Positions 19,208 through 28,973 of a stretch of 64,000 nt of DNA are shown here, one piece after another. Below the pieces are notes generated by a model. It was given only the letters and a program-made list of their open reading frames with translations. It was not told the DNA's origin and searched no databases. This DNA comes from a virus, in IMG/VR virus record IMGVR_UViG_3300030380_006721, positions 10,690 to 74,689 of that record; one strand, written 5' to 3'. The position numbers were made by a program, and so were the translations under genes. The first letter of the stretch is position 1; the number at the start of each line of letters is the position of its first letter.

Positions 19208-19723
19208 GTGCCCAACAGATCGATATTCAACCGCAATTACACAAGTTACCAGGCTGACGGTACAACTGTATATCTAGCTAACGGACAAGGAGTTGTCACC
19301 AACCCTGCTCCAACAGCTACTTTGACCGCTGGAGCTAATTTAATTGCTGGTGAAGTTGTCTCTGCAAGCGGTAATTTTGTAGTACCATCCACTGCTCTGA
19401 GTGGGGTTAACGCTTATCAATTTTCTCCTATTGGTTTTGCTTCTGAAGCTGCCTCTAATGGAAGTGATGTAGTCGTAAATCTCGATGGTGTCATCAGTCT
19501 GACTGATGTCAATATCACTGCTGATACTGCTTTGATACCTGGTGAATATTATTACTTATCTAAATTTGAAGGTGAAGTAGTTCGTTTCACAACAACTTCT
19601 GGGACAGTCACTGGTTCTGGAAGTAATGCATATCAAGCAGCAACAAGTCTTGGTTTAGCGATTACCTCAACACAATTGAGTGTGGAAATTTCGCCACCAG
19701 TCCTTCTCTATACTGGAGGTTAA
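19208..19723 (+). CDS. virion decoration / fibre-anchor protein, paralogous to 18773-19168
   Basis: AGANLIAGEVV...IGF...LIPGEYYYLS...GLAITSTQL. Confidence 0.6.
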   Translation: MPNRSIFNRNYTSYQADGTTVYLANGQGVVTNPAPTATLTAGANLIAGEVVSASGNFVVPSTALSGVNAYQFSPIGFASEAASNGSDVVVNLDGVISLTDVNITADTALIPGEYYYLSKFEGEVVRFTTTSGTVTGSGSNAYQAATSLGLAITSTQLSVEISPPVLLYTGG

Positions 19724-19734
19724 AAGGTTAAATC

Positions 19735-21246
19735 ATGGTAGTTCGCAGGCCGGTAGTTCTAGTCAGCGGCGCTCTAGCTGAGCTGCCTTTTGGTGACAGT
19801 ATTATCACCACTGCTTCTGGTGGTCTTCTGACAGCAGGTAGTGGTCTTGTAGGTGGGGGAAACACAGATTCTACTATTCGTCTTGATGTCGCGTTTACTG
19901 CAGAGCCAAGTGGCCTGATTTACGTTGGCAACGAAATTGGAACTGACGGCGTTGCGCTTGCACGCTCATCCGCTGCTCTTGCTTCGGGTAATGCTGCTCT
20001 CGCAGATTCAACTACTGCTCTGGCATCAGGAAATGCTGCGCTTGTTGAAGCAGAAGTAGCTCTATCTTCTGGTAACGCTGGTCTTACAGAGGCAGCAATT
20101 GCAATTGCTTCTGGTAATGCAGCTTTAGAAGTCGCTGCAGTAGCACTAAGTTCTGGCAACTCGTCACTGACACTCGGCGCAGCTGCACAGGCTTCTGGCA
20201 ATGCCGCATTACAAGATGCCGCTACAGCACTCGCATCAGGTAACGCAGCTTTAGTTCTATCTGAAGAAGCTCTTGCCTCAGGCAATGCTGCCTTAGTTGA
20301 TAATGTACGATCGCTTGCTTCAGGTAATGCCGCTTTAGCAGACGCCACTGAAGCTCTAACTTCTGGCAACGCCGGTTTAGCAGATGCTGTTACTGCTGTA
20401 GTTTCTGGCAATGCCGCCGTAAGTGATGCGGTAGATGCTCTTGCTTCAGGAAACGCGGCGCTTTTAGATTCTGAGCAGGCTCTGGCTTCTGGTGTTGAAG
20501 CTGTTCGAATATCTGTCGACGCTCTTGCTTCTGGTAATGCAGGTTTAGCAGATTCTCAAACTGCTCTTGCTTCTGGAAACGCGGCGACTGCTGATGCAAA
20601 TCGAGCTCTCGCCTCAGGTAATGCTGCTGTCGAACTTAGCAACACAGCTTTGGCTTCAGGTCAAGCCGCTGTGGCCTTGGCTAACACTGCATTGTCTTCA
20701 GGTAATGCTGGTCTCGCTGTTGCCAATTCTGCGATTGCTTCAGGTTCGGCCTCAATCGCTGTTGCACTTGCCGGTCTTGCTTCTGGTAATGCAGGTTTAG
20801 CTGTAGCTGTAGAAGCTCAAGCATCAGGTAATGCAGCTCTTGAAGATTTAGCTGGTTCATTAGCTTCTGGTAACTCCGGAATCAGTATTGCTTTAGCCGC
20901 TCAAGCTTCTGGTAACGCAGCAATATCCGACGGTATTGTTGCTCTTGCCTCGGGTAATGCTGGTCTTGCTTTAGCTGCTGTTGCAGCTACATCTGGCAAC
21001 GCTGCCATCGTTGATGCAACAGTCGCTCAGGCTTCTGGAAACGCTGCCTTAAGTCTGGCAAACACTTCACTTGCCTCTGGTAACGCAGCCCTCGCAGTTT
21101 CATCAACTGCTTTAGCTTCAGGTAATGCCGGTCTTGTGATTGTTCCAGTGGCGCAAGCATCAGGAAACGCAGCTCTCGAGGCTTTTGCAGCGAACCCAGG
21201 TCTTAGTACCGGGGCTGCTATTGGCCTAATCATCGCGCTCTCGTAA
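19735..21246 (+). CDS. coiled-coil fibre with ~30 x 14-aa ASGNAAL repeats
   Basis: Strict 14-residue period over ~415 aa; ends IGLIIALS. Confidence 0.8.
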   Translation: MVVRRPVVLVSGALAELPFGDSIITTASGGLLTAGSGLVGGGNTDSTIRLDVAFTAEPSGLIYVGNEIGTDGVALARSSAALASGNAALADSTTALASGNAALVEAEVALSSGNAGLTEAAIAIASGNAALEVAAVALSSGNSSLTLGAAAQASGNAALQDAATALASGNAALVLSEEALASGNAALVDNVRSLASGNAALADATEALTSGNAGLADAVTAVVSGNAAVSDAVDALASGNAALLDSEQALASGVEAVRISVDALASGNAGLADSQTALASGNAATADANRALASGNAAVELSNTALASGQAAVALANTALSSGNAGLAVANSAIASGSASIAVALAGLASGNAGLAVAVEAQASGNAALEDLAGSLASGNSGISIALAAQASGNAAISDGIVALASGNAGLALAAVAATSGNAAIVDATVAQASGNAALSLANTSLASGNAALAVSSTALASGNAGLVIVPVAQASGNAALEAFAANPGLSTGAAIGLIIALS

Positions 21247-21247
21247 A

Positions 21248-22756
21248 ATGACTCTGCGTAGAGGACTTGTTTATTCCGGCGGTTTCGTTGTTGAAAATCA
21301 CGACGATGACGTAATTCCGATTACTGGTGATTTGATCGCCGGAAGTGGTTTAGGCGGTCGTATTTTTACGCTCGGTCAAGATAATTTTGTACAAACTGAT
21401 CTTCCGGACAATGCGTCTGGGCTTATTTATACCGCCGACGGCAAACTCGGTTTAGATGGTGTTGCTCGCGAAAGAGGTGTAATCGCGATCGCATCTGGCG
21501 ATGCCGCTGTGGCATTAGCTGCAATTGCGCTCTCATCTGGTATTGCTGCAAATGTAGTTTCTGCCACCGCCCAAGCGTCAGGTAATGCATCCATATCTCA
21601 ATCGCTGACTGGACAGTCCATTGGTAACAATGCTCTTAGTTCTGGTGCAGAAGCACAAGCATCTGGCGATGCAAGTTTAGTAGTTAATAGAGATGCTTTA
21701 GCTTCAGGAAACGATGCTCTTGAAGATACAGCTGTTGCTGTCTCCTCTGGTAATTCAGGTCTGGCTTTTGCTGTAATAGCTGGAGCATCAGGCTTTGCTG
21801 CTGAATTTAATGCAAGCTCCGCTCTTGCCTCAGGCAATGCGGCCCTTACTAATAACGCTCAAGCTATTGTTTCAGGCACAGCAGCTGTAGTTAATTCGCA
21901 AACTGCTATTGCATCTGGTGCTGCTGCAATTGCACTCAGTCAAATTGGTATTGCTTCAGGCACTGCAGCGACTACGGACGCTGGACTCGCTCAGGCTTCT
22001 GGTAACGCTGCCTTGGTGGATGCAAATATCGCTTTTGCTTCTGGTGCAGCTGCCTCGGAACAAGCTGCTATCGCAACTGCATCTGGTAACGCAGCCCTAA
22101 ATCAATCAGAAAATGCTCTTGCATCAGGAAACTTATCTCTTGTCAATGCAGTTGAGGCTTTAGATAGATCTCAAGATTCTACAATCACGTCTATATTCAC
22201 CATCTTCCAGGCTGATAATGCAGTTGAAGCCTCGGATGACGCTATTGCGTCAGGTGCTGCAGGCGAGGCGCTCGTTCCGACAGCAATTGCTTCTGGCGAT
22301 GCCGTTCATGCACCTGCTGCTACAGCTTTAGCATCCGGCAACGCAGCTCTTGCTGAGATACCTGAAATTATTGCTTCAGGTAATTCTTCCGTTTCTGTGG
22401 CGCTTGTCGCTTTAGCTTCAGGCAACGCTGCCCTCGCAAAAACTTTTGAAGCAAGAGCTTCCGGCAACGCTTCTATTTCAGCGTCACTCACGTCTATAGA
22501 AGTTGCTAACACTGCAATCGTTAGCGGAAATGCTGCCATATCCACTGGTGCCACAGCAACAACCAGTGGAGTCCTTTCAATTTCTCAAGCTGATCGTGCA
22601 ATCGTATCTGGTTTAGAGGCTCAATCTTCTGGCAACGCCCTAGTTAGTGATGCAGTTTCTGCACTTGCTTCTGGCAACGATGCGTTATCACTAATTATCA
22701 ATAATCCTCCCGTGGATTCTGCAGGGATCATTGGCTTAATTATGGCGTTGAGCTGA
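21248..22756 (+). CDS. second coiled-coil fibre with 14-aa ASGNAAL repeats
   Basis: Same period and near-identical length (502 vs 503 aa); ends IGLIMALS. Confidence 0.8.
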   Translation: MTLRRGLVYSGGFVVENHDDDVIPITGDLIAGSGLGGRIFTLGQDNFVQTDLPDNASGLIYTADGKLGLDGVARERGVIAIASGDAAVALAAIALSSGIAANVVSATAQASGNASISQSLTGQSIGNNALSSGAEAQASGDASLVVNRDALASGNDALEDTAVAVSSGNSGLAFAVIAGASGFAAEFNASSALASGNAALTNNAQAIVSGTAAVVNSQTAIASGAAAIALSQIGIASGTAATTDAGLAQASGNAALVDANIAFASGAAASEQAAIATASGNAALNQSENALASGNLSLVNAVEALDRSQDSTITSIFTIFQADNAVEASDDAIASGAAGEALVPTAIASGDAVHAPAATALASGNAALAEIPEIIASGNSSVSVALVALASGNAALAKTFEARASGNASISASLTSIEVANTAIVSGNAAISTGATATTSGVLSISQADRAIVSGLEAQSSGNALVSDAVSALASGNDALSLIINNPPVDSAGIIGLIMALS

Positions 22757-22804
22757 TTAGGTTCAATAGGCTATAATTAATTTATCTTCAGTGCTTGGCC
22801 TCGG

Positions 22805-23122
22805 ATGGCTACTTTTTTTAGTCGGAGCACTAAAAATGTTTCCGACGTCAATACGACGATCTATACGTCGACCAGTGACTCTACGATCATCTTGAGTGTT
22901 TTGGTCGCAAATACTGGTGCGAACGCAACAGATATCAACTGTTCTCTTTTAGATGCGTCTAACAACGTTAAGAGTCAGATTGCTAATACAATTACTGTGC
23001 CTCAGAGCGCAAACATCGATCTAATTGGTAACAAACTTATCCTTAGCAGCGGTAACAAGCTTCGTATTTCTACCAGTACAAGTGGATCCTGCGATCTGAC
23101 GCTCAGTTTCGTGGAGGTCTAA
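22805..23122 (+). CDS. small beta-sandwich fibre-tip / partner protein
   Basis: MATFF...TTIYT...IILSVLVAN...KLILSSGNKL...LSFVEV, a type seen after fibre genes in marine phages. Confidence 0.6.
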   Translation: MATFFSRSTKNVSDVNTTIYTSTSDSTIILSVLVANTGANATDINCSLLDASNNVKSQIANTITVPQSANIDLIGNKLILSSGNKLRISTSTSGSCDLTLSFVEV

Positions 23123-23127
23123 AGAAT

Positions 23128-23796
23128 ATGGCTGACTTTTCTTCAGCTAAATTCTCCAAAAACTCGAAAGAACCCGCTTTTTTACCAGATCGTCTTCGTC
23201 TTCCAGACGGTTTCACAAGGTATAAGTGGTCGATTACCCAAGAGGAAGTGGAAAGCTGTGGGTACGTAGGACCCATTGTAGATCCTGATCGATCTACAGG
23301 ACAAGAGTATATATGGGTCGAAGGTTCAGGATGGGTTGCACATGGTGACCCTAAACCTTTGAGCTCAAAGCAAAAAGTAAGCACCAACGCGCGTTTACGT
23401 AATGATCTCGGTCTAGTCTTGGCCGGTGAATACGTAAAAATGAAAGAAATAAAAGATGCTGGATATCTTCCTGCTTACAGACAAGCCTGGCAGGATTATT
23501 TTTTCAGTTTAAAAGAGCTGCTTGAGTCATCTGGGCTGATCGCTACATCGGATGTGCCTGCTGCACCTTGTGAAGGGGAGTATTTTAAAACTGAGGAGGA
23601 GCTTAAAGCTGCTTATAAAGTTTTTTATGATCAAGACTTTCAGAATCTGCGATTCGAATATGAAAAATATGGTGTAATATCTGGTTTACGAAAAGAGTTT
23701 GCTACTCTTTTTGCACCTGACCCATCGTGGGTTAAAGGTACTCAGGCAGTGCCTGAAGATCACGACACCATTATTATTGATTACAGGGACCTTTAA
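23128..23796 (+). CDS. tail fibre assembly-like protein
   Basis: EPAFLPDRLRLPDGFTR...GYVGP...AWQDY...LKEL. Confidence 0.5.
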   Translation: MADFSSAKFSKNSKEPAFLPDRLRLPDGFTRYKWSITQEEVESCGYVGPIVDPDRSTGQEYIWVEGSGWVAHGDPKPLSSKQKVSTNARLRNDLGLVLAGEYVKMKEIKDAGYLPAYRQAWQDYFFSLKELLESSGLIATSDVPAAPCEGEYFKTEEELKAAYKVFYDQDFQNLRFEYEKYGVISGLRKEFATLFAPDPSWVKGTQAVPEDHDTIIIDYRDL

Positions 23797-23799
23797 ACC

Positions 23800-24864
23800 A
23801 TGGCAAGGAAATACGCTGGGCGTCAAGGGCAAAAGGTACAAAGCACTTCTTTGAGCGCACCAGGTGCATGGATTTCACCTACTGAAGCAGCTCGTGAAAA
23901 AAGTGGCGGAGCATGGCCCAGTGCTGTTCCCGCTGGTGCAGCCGCCTCACCGGTTGGAAGTTTATCGTTTGCGATGACAAGCGGTGTGACTGACACTGCT
24001 GTGGCCGGAGGAAGATTTCTTGTATGTAACGGAGAGGATGTAAGCAGAGTTGATCAGGGCGGACTTTTCGGTGTCATCGGCACGTCCTTCGGAGTAGGGG
24101 ATGAAGCTACGACTTTTGGAATACCCGATATGTTTGACGGGTATATCTATGCAAAAGGTTCGAGTGGCTCAGGGGTTTATCCATTAGGAAGCGGTAAAGT
24201 CGGAGAGGGCCATCTTCATAACTGGTTCGGAGTCAGGTCGAGGCAGGGTCCTGACCGAAACCGAACTGGTAATGATCAAGCTTCTGCTGCTGGACCTTCT
24301 GTTGTGGTTCACGCCAGTACCACTTTTGGCGATATTCAGAATGAAATGAAAAAAAGGGAATTCGTTCCCATGGTTAATGTCGGCGGCGGCACTATGCAGG
24401 CCGGTATGGCTATTCCTTTCTTGTGGCCTGGTGAGGAGGGAAACCTCATAGGTTTTGCTGACAACCTGTTCGTTGTCGCAAGCGGACAAAATATAAGTCG
24501 TTCAGAGTATGCAGATCTTTTCGGTCTGTTTGGAACACATTTTGGAACTGGAGACGGGTCTACTACATTTGGTGTTCCGGATCTTAGGGGTGTTTTTGTT
24601 GCAGGATCTCGTCAAGAATACTCTGATGGATTCCAACCATCAGGTGTGATTGCTGGTTCGGGTTTCCTGAATGATACTTTTACTGCTCATTATCATATTT
24701 TTGAAGGCGGTAACTGGAACAGTCAGCAAGGTGGTGCAGGTAACCAGTCTCGAACTAATCAAGCTTCAACTCCTCAATCAGGAGTTAGTCAGGGACCTGC
24801 TGACGGAGAAAATAGAGCTGATAACATAAGTGTTATCTGGGCAATCGTTGCTTCTAACTCGTAA
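23800..24864 (+). CDS. tail protein with two tandem tail-collar domains
   Basis: FLVCNGEDVSR...LFGVIGTSFGVGD...TTFGIPD and GQNISRSEYADLF...FGTGDGSTTFGVPDLRG. Confidence 0.8.
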   Translation: MARKYAGRQGQKVQSTSLSAPGAWISPTEAAREKSGGAWPSAVPAGAAASPVGSLSFAMTSGVTDTAVAGGRFLVCNGEDVSRVDQGGLFGVIGTSFGVGDEATTFGIPDMFDGYIYAKGSSGSGVYPLGSGKVGEGHLHNWFGVRSRQGPDRNRTGNDQASAAGPSVVVHASTTFGDIQNEMKKREFVPMVNVGGGTMQAGMAIPFLWPGEEGNLIGFADNLFVVASGQNISRSEYADLFGLFGTHFGTGDGSTTFGVPDLRGVFVAGSRQEYSDGFQPSGVIAGSGFLNDTFTAHYHIFEGGNWNSQQGGAGNQSRTNQASTPQSGVSQGPADGENRADNISVIWAIVASNS

Positions 24865-24872
24865 GGAGAACC

Positions 24873-25418
24873 ATGGCTACTGGACAAGTTATTATGATGC
24901 TGGCAGATCAGGGAGCTCAGTTCTCTGATGGTTCAATCAACTACGTCAAGTTGAATGGACAGTCCGTATCAAGAACTGAGCACGAAGTGCTTTCGGCAAT
25001 TTGGCCTAGTGGAGCATACGGAGGAGGCAACGATACTGAACCGATGCACATGCCTGACACTGATGGCATGTATCTCCGTGGTTACGCTTTTAACAGCACC
25101 AACGATCCGGAAAAGGCAACTAGAACTGCGTTATCAGGTGCTCTACCCGTAGGCAACCAGGTAGGATCATTTCAATCAGCACAAATTACTGCTCACTTTC
25201 ACGTATCTGGTTCGCAGAATGTTCCAGGTCCTCGACAACAGCAAGGCGGAGGAGGCGAACCGGCAGGACAGCGTGAACAGCAAAACTTCAGTCAAAATAA
25301 CGCCGTCGTTAGATTTGCACAGGAAGCAGACGGTCGGTACATGGAAGTATCAACTAGCGAAGATGAAGTTTTTGACGTCGATCACACTATCTGTTATTTC
25401 TATGTTTGTGACGCTTAA
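24873..25418 (+). CDS. tail-collar domain protein
   Basis: LNGQSVSRTE...MPDTDGMYLRG...VGSFQ...AHFH. Confidence 0.75.
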   Translation: MATGQVIMMLADQGAQFSDGSINYVKLNGQSVSRTEHEVLSAIWPSGAYGGGNDTEPMHMPDTDGMYLRGYAFNSTNDPEKATRTALSGALPVGNQVGSFQSAQITAHFHVSGSQNVPGPRQQQGGGGEPAGQREQQNFSQNNAVVRFAQEADGRYMEVSTSEDEVFDVDHTICYFYVCDA

Positions 25419-26065
25419 ATTATCTGCAAGTCAAATCCACTTAAGTTAGATTTTTCTCCGACAGTACCAGTCGGAAACGTGTTGAAACTTAGTGTAATTC
25501 TGTCTTCATTTTCCATGTTGTTGTCGACAGAGTGAATTAAATTTGACGGAAAAATAATCATTTTTCCTGGGGTTGGCGTGTGTTTATGAATAATATTTTC
25601 TCTTTCAGATTCATAATAAGCGGGAAATTGATTCGAAAAATCGTATGGATTTTCTCGACTAAACCATGTTCTTCCGGAATTGCCTTGTAAATAGATAATT
25701 CCGCTCAGAAAGGACCAGGGGTGCCTATGAGCGTGGTGCCATTGTCCAGGTCGACTACGATTTGCCCAAAAAAGACAAACTTTCAAATTTATATTGTTGT
25801 TGTACTCTAAATCTGTCGTCACTTCTTTCAAACACTCTTCTATATATCGAGTGTGTTCTGCAAAATAAGGATTTTTGTGAAGTGATTTACTTCCTGGCGA
25901 GGATTCTCCGTATTCTTTCTTTCCTTTATATCTTCCGTAACCGTCTGTAATTTTGTGAGTGATAATAGTTTCAATAGCTTCTTCTACAAGGTTTTTCGGG
26001 TATTCAAACTCATATAGTTCTGTTGGCAATATCGGCAAACGTTGGAAACTCATTACGATCTTCAA
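25415..26065 (-). CDS. 2OG-Fe(II) oxygenase, TIGR02466-like
   Basis: HHAHRHPWSFLSGIIY...IFPSNLIHSV...RITLSFN. Confidence 0.85.
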   Translation of the reverse strand: MKIVMSFQRLPILPTELYEFEYPKNLVEEAIETIITHKITDGYGRYKGKKEYGESSPGSKSLHKNPYFAEHTRYIEECLKEVTTDLEYNNNINLKVCLFWANRSRPGQWHHAHRHPWSFLSGIIYLQGNSGRTWFSRENPYDFSNQFPAYYESERENIIHKHTPTPGKMIIFPSNLIHSVDNNMENEDRITLSFNTFPTGTVGEKSNLSGFDLQII

Positions 26066-26100
26066 GCTGAGCTATTATAGTGCCATAGCTTTAGACTGCG

Positions 26101-26685
26101 ATGAGTCTTTTAGATTACGTCAGAACATATAAAACTCCTGAAAGCTTGTCAGAACAGCTGGATGAGCATTACGAACGTCTAGAACAAAATACCTGGGAAC
26201 GACATTCTTGGTTTAGTTACAATCCGCAAGAAGGTAACTCTTCACATTCCGATGAAAATACAGACCCACTTGTACAAGATGTTTTCGAATTAGATTTATC
26301 GAAAAATTTAGCAGAGCATGCAATTCAATCTTACATAAACGATATGACAACTGAATATAACAAGGAGTGTTCTCTAATATCATCATTTACAAGAGTGCGC
26401 TTGAATAGATATTCAGAGGGAGAATGTATGCGTGTTCATTGGGACGCTATTCACTCTATCTTCGATGGTGATTACAAAGGTGTACCTGTTTTGAGCATCG
26501 TCGGATTACACAGAAAAGCAGAAAAAGGAGGAGATTTTATAATCAGAACTCCGCTTGGAGAAGAAAAACAATTCTTGACTGAAAATAACACGGTGGTTGT
26601 TTTTCCTTCAACTTTCATGTATAACCATGAAGTTACAACCGTTCAAAAAGGTTGTAGAGACTCCTATGTAGCTTGGGGATTTTGA
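26101..26685 (+). CDS. 2OG-Fe(II) oxygenase, prolyl-4-hydroxylase-like
   Basis: MRVHWD...GGDF...FPSTFMYNHEV...RDS. Confidence 0.85.
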   Translation: MSLLDYVRTYKTPESLSEQLDEHYERLEQNTWERHSWFSYNPQEGNSSHSDENTDPLVQDVFELDLSKNLAEHAIQSYINDMTTEYNKECSLISSFTRVRLNRYSEGECMRVHWDAIHSIFDGDYKGVPVLSIVGLHRKAEKGGDFIIRTPLGEEKQFLTENNTVVVFPSTFMYNHEVTTVQKGCRDSYVAWGF

Positions 26686-26686
26686 A

Positions 26687-27244
26687 ATGGATTTTTCCGT
26701 ACCTCACATCAACTGCAGTGCTGACCCTTATTGGGATGGGTATCGAACCCAAATCCTAGAGTCTGTTGAAAAATTTAAAAGTGAGCATCCTGAAGATGCT
26801 GTAGATGGAGACGGAATTATCACCGATTATCACTACAACGTAAAAAATAAAATTACACCAGAGTACAAAGAAGCAGTATATAAAAGTATGACCGGCGCGA
26901 TTATGTGGACAGCAAGAGGTTTTGACAAAGATTACCGACGTCTAAAAATCAAAAACCTGTGGTTTCAAGAAACTTCAGGACCTGTGTCACACGGAGTTCA
27001 TACACACGGTCCTCTAGGGCTTTCGGGTGTTTTATTCGTCGATTATGATCCCGAAGTTCATAAAAGCACTCGGTTAATTTCACCTCAATTGCATCCTTGG
27101 GAGGGAACACATATTGAGGAAGAGCCTTGGGTGGAAGAAGGAAACGTCCTTATTTTCCCCTCGTACTTACTTCATGAACAACTTCCAAGTTTTTCAACTA
27201 AAAAAAGATTAATTGTTGCATTCAACTTGCACTACGAGGAGTAA
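26687..27244 (+). CDS. 2OG-Fe(II) oxygenase, TIGR02466-like
   Basis: HGVHTHG...IFPSYLLHE...RLIVAFN. Confidence 0.8.
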   Translation: MDFSVPHINCSADPYWDGYRTQILESVEKFKSEHPEDAVDGDGIITDYHYNVKNKITPEYKEAVYKSMTGAIMWTARGFDKDYRRLKIKNLWFQETSGPVSHGVHTHGPLGLSGVLFVDYDPEVHKSTRLISPQLHPWEGTHIEEEPWVEEGNVLIFPSYLLHEQLPSFSTKKRLIVAFNLHYEE

Positions 27245-27269
27245 ACTATAAACAGGTCGCACCATATGC

Positions 27270-27656
27270 ATGGTCGATTCGGAACAGGATCTAGTATTCA
27301 GCCTTCAATGTTTACAAAAGAAGTCTGCTAGAAAACGGTTCCGAAGAAGCATTCTGGACGAATGGCCGGAGTGTGCTTATTGCGGTCGTAAGCACCCAAC
27401 GACACTCGATCACGTGATCCCCCGAGCTCAGGGAGGAAAACAGCATCGCCACAATTTGATCGGGGCTTGCGGTGCCTGTAATCTTGAAAAATCTGACCAG
27501 ACTTGGTTTGTGTGGTACAGAAGCCAAATTTTTTGGACACTCGAAAGGGAGGAGAGAATTTTAGGTTGGATTAATCAACCACAATTCGAACCACCTGCTC
27601 CTATTTTTGTTAACTGGATGGAAAAAGGGACTTTATTACTGCCAAGCGCAGCCTAA
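27270..27656 (+). CDS. HNH endonuclease (motif intact)
   Basis: CAYCG...TLDHVIPRAQGG...NLIGACGACN. Confidence 0.85.
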   Translation: MVDSEQDLVFSLQCLQKKSARKRFRRSILDEWPECAYCGRKHPTTLDHVIPRAQGGKQHRHNLIGACGACNLEKSDQTWFVWYRSQIFWTLEREERILGWINQPQFEPPAPIFVNWMEKGTLLLPSAA

Positions 27657-28231
27657 GGTTTCCAGTTATACCAACCGGTCATAATAATTTTTTCTTCAGA
27701 GGGTGATGCCACTCCGTGGTGTGTATGGGTGAAATCGGGAGGCCAGATCAAAAGCTTGCCTTTTTCAGCTTTTTCCTCATGATCAAAATGGACGAATCTT
27801 GTTCCACCTTTATCTTCAACGGTGTTTAAATAAAGCATCCACACGAGCATCCTACTTTGAGTGAGCTCACATAATCTTTCGCAATGTTTCATATGGAAAC
27901 CTCCTCCAGGTTCATATCCCTGCACCGCTAAATTTTCGCCCATATGAAAACTCGAGTCTCCTAGCACAGGAAACTGCACAGTTACATAATTAATTACTGA
28001 ATTCCACAAATGCTCTAAAGCTTTCACTAAGCAACCATAGGTATACGCTTTTTCGATAGACATCCTAATATCAGTTGAGTCTTTAGCCTCTTTACATACG
28101 CCTACATCGCCGTCTGCGTTTGCAGTAAGACCTGGACCACCCATGGTTTCTTTGTTTACTTTGTACCACTCAATTATTTCATCACAAAAATCTGTATCTT
28201 GAGCCTGATACGATCTAATAAAATTTTCCAC
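27653..28231 (-). CDS. 2OG-Fe(II) oxygenase, prolyl-4-hydroxylase-like
   Basis: KHCER...WMLYLN...GGTRF...THTHHG...KIIMTGW. Confidence 0.85.
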   Translation of the reverse strand: MENFIRSYQAQDTDFCDEIIEWYKVNKETMGGPGLTANADGDVGVCKEAKDSTDIRMSIEKAYTYGCLVKALEHLWNSVINYVTVQFPVLGDSSFHMGENLAVQGYEPGGGFHMKHCERLCELTQSRMLVWMLYLNTVEDKGGTRFVHFDHEEKAEKGKLLIWPPDFTHTHHGVASPSEEKIIMTGWYNWKP

Positions 28232-28265
28232 AAAAAGGCTTGATATCGTCAGTCAAGCCTAGGTA

Positions 28266-28466
28266 TTACGTATGAAGTACGCACCCAATCGGTTTTTGAA
28301 GTTTAAGTTTTCGAATGAGTAGTGACCTCCGATCAAGGTTCTCTGGTTTAGCAAACCAAGAATCTTCCATTACAACTTCGATCACTCCTAAGGTCTGCTC
28401 GCAGGTCATGTGTGGAGCATGTGGAGCGTGGTGATGAGCAAGCATCACAAGAGCAAGTTCGATCAT
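28266..28466 (-). CDS. hypothetical protein
   Basis: ATGA coupling to the upstream gene. Confidence 0.5.
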   Translation of the reverse strand: MIELALVMLAHHHAPHAPHMTCEQTLGVIEVVMEDSWFAKPENLDRRSLLIRKLKLQKPIGCVLHT

Positions 28467-28639
28467 TTTTTAGCAACCTTGGTGACGATTCCAGCGATCT
28501 TTTCAATAATTTTATAAAACTTTCCGTAGAGTTCGTCGTCCTTGGGAGTTGGTGTCATGTTGACGATTGCAAGAGCTAATAGGTGAGCTGCTCCTGCAAT
28601 CCCAACGATTGCCTCCCAGTTGTTGAGTAGAAAAGCCAT
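28463..28639 (-). CDS. small holin-like membrane protein
   Basis: Single TM followed by the TPTPKDD motif; start placed at MAFLL. Confidence 0.6.
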   Translation of the reverse strand: MAFLLNNWEAIVGIAGAAHLLALAIVNMTPTPKDDELYGKFYKIIEKIAGIVTKVAKK

Positions 28640-28685
28640 GGCAAAAAACCTATACAATATAAATATACTCCCAGACTTTAAACAA

Positions 28686-28973
28686 ATGCCTGCGATTCTT
28701 GAGGACGCTGTTAAGTCCATCATGAAAGAAAACCCGGATATGAAGAAAGGTGCTGCCTATGCGATTGCTACGAGCACACTTCAAAAATCTGGCGATTTAA
28801 AAAAAGGGACTGTTGAAGCGACTGAAAAAGGTAAGCGTCGCGGCGAGATGAGTAAAGCTACCCGAGCTAAAACACGGGCTAAAAAGTACAAAATTGAACG
28901 TAAAAAAGAGAAAAAAGGTGAGGCTCCCTCTCGCGACGGTCGTGACGAACGGAGCACTAGCGGACGGCTGTAA
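28686..28973 (+). CDS. small basic protein
   Basis: MPAILEDAVK...AYAIAT...LKKGT, K/R-rich tail. Confidence 0.65.
   Translation: MPAILEDAVKSIMKENPDMKKGAAYAIATSTLQKSGDLKKGTVEATEKGKRRGEMSKATRAKTRAKKYKIERKKEKKGEAPSRDGRDERSTSGRL

Noticed and set aside
19900-22700. 42-nt periodic GCTTCTGGTAAC-like repeats as a CRISPR array or DNA tandem repeat
   Set aside because: Variation is at synonymous positions within continuous ORFs, so this is a protein repeat; no cas genes
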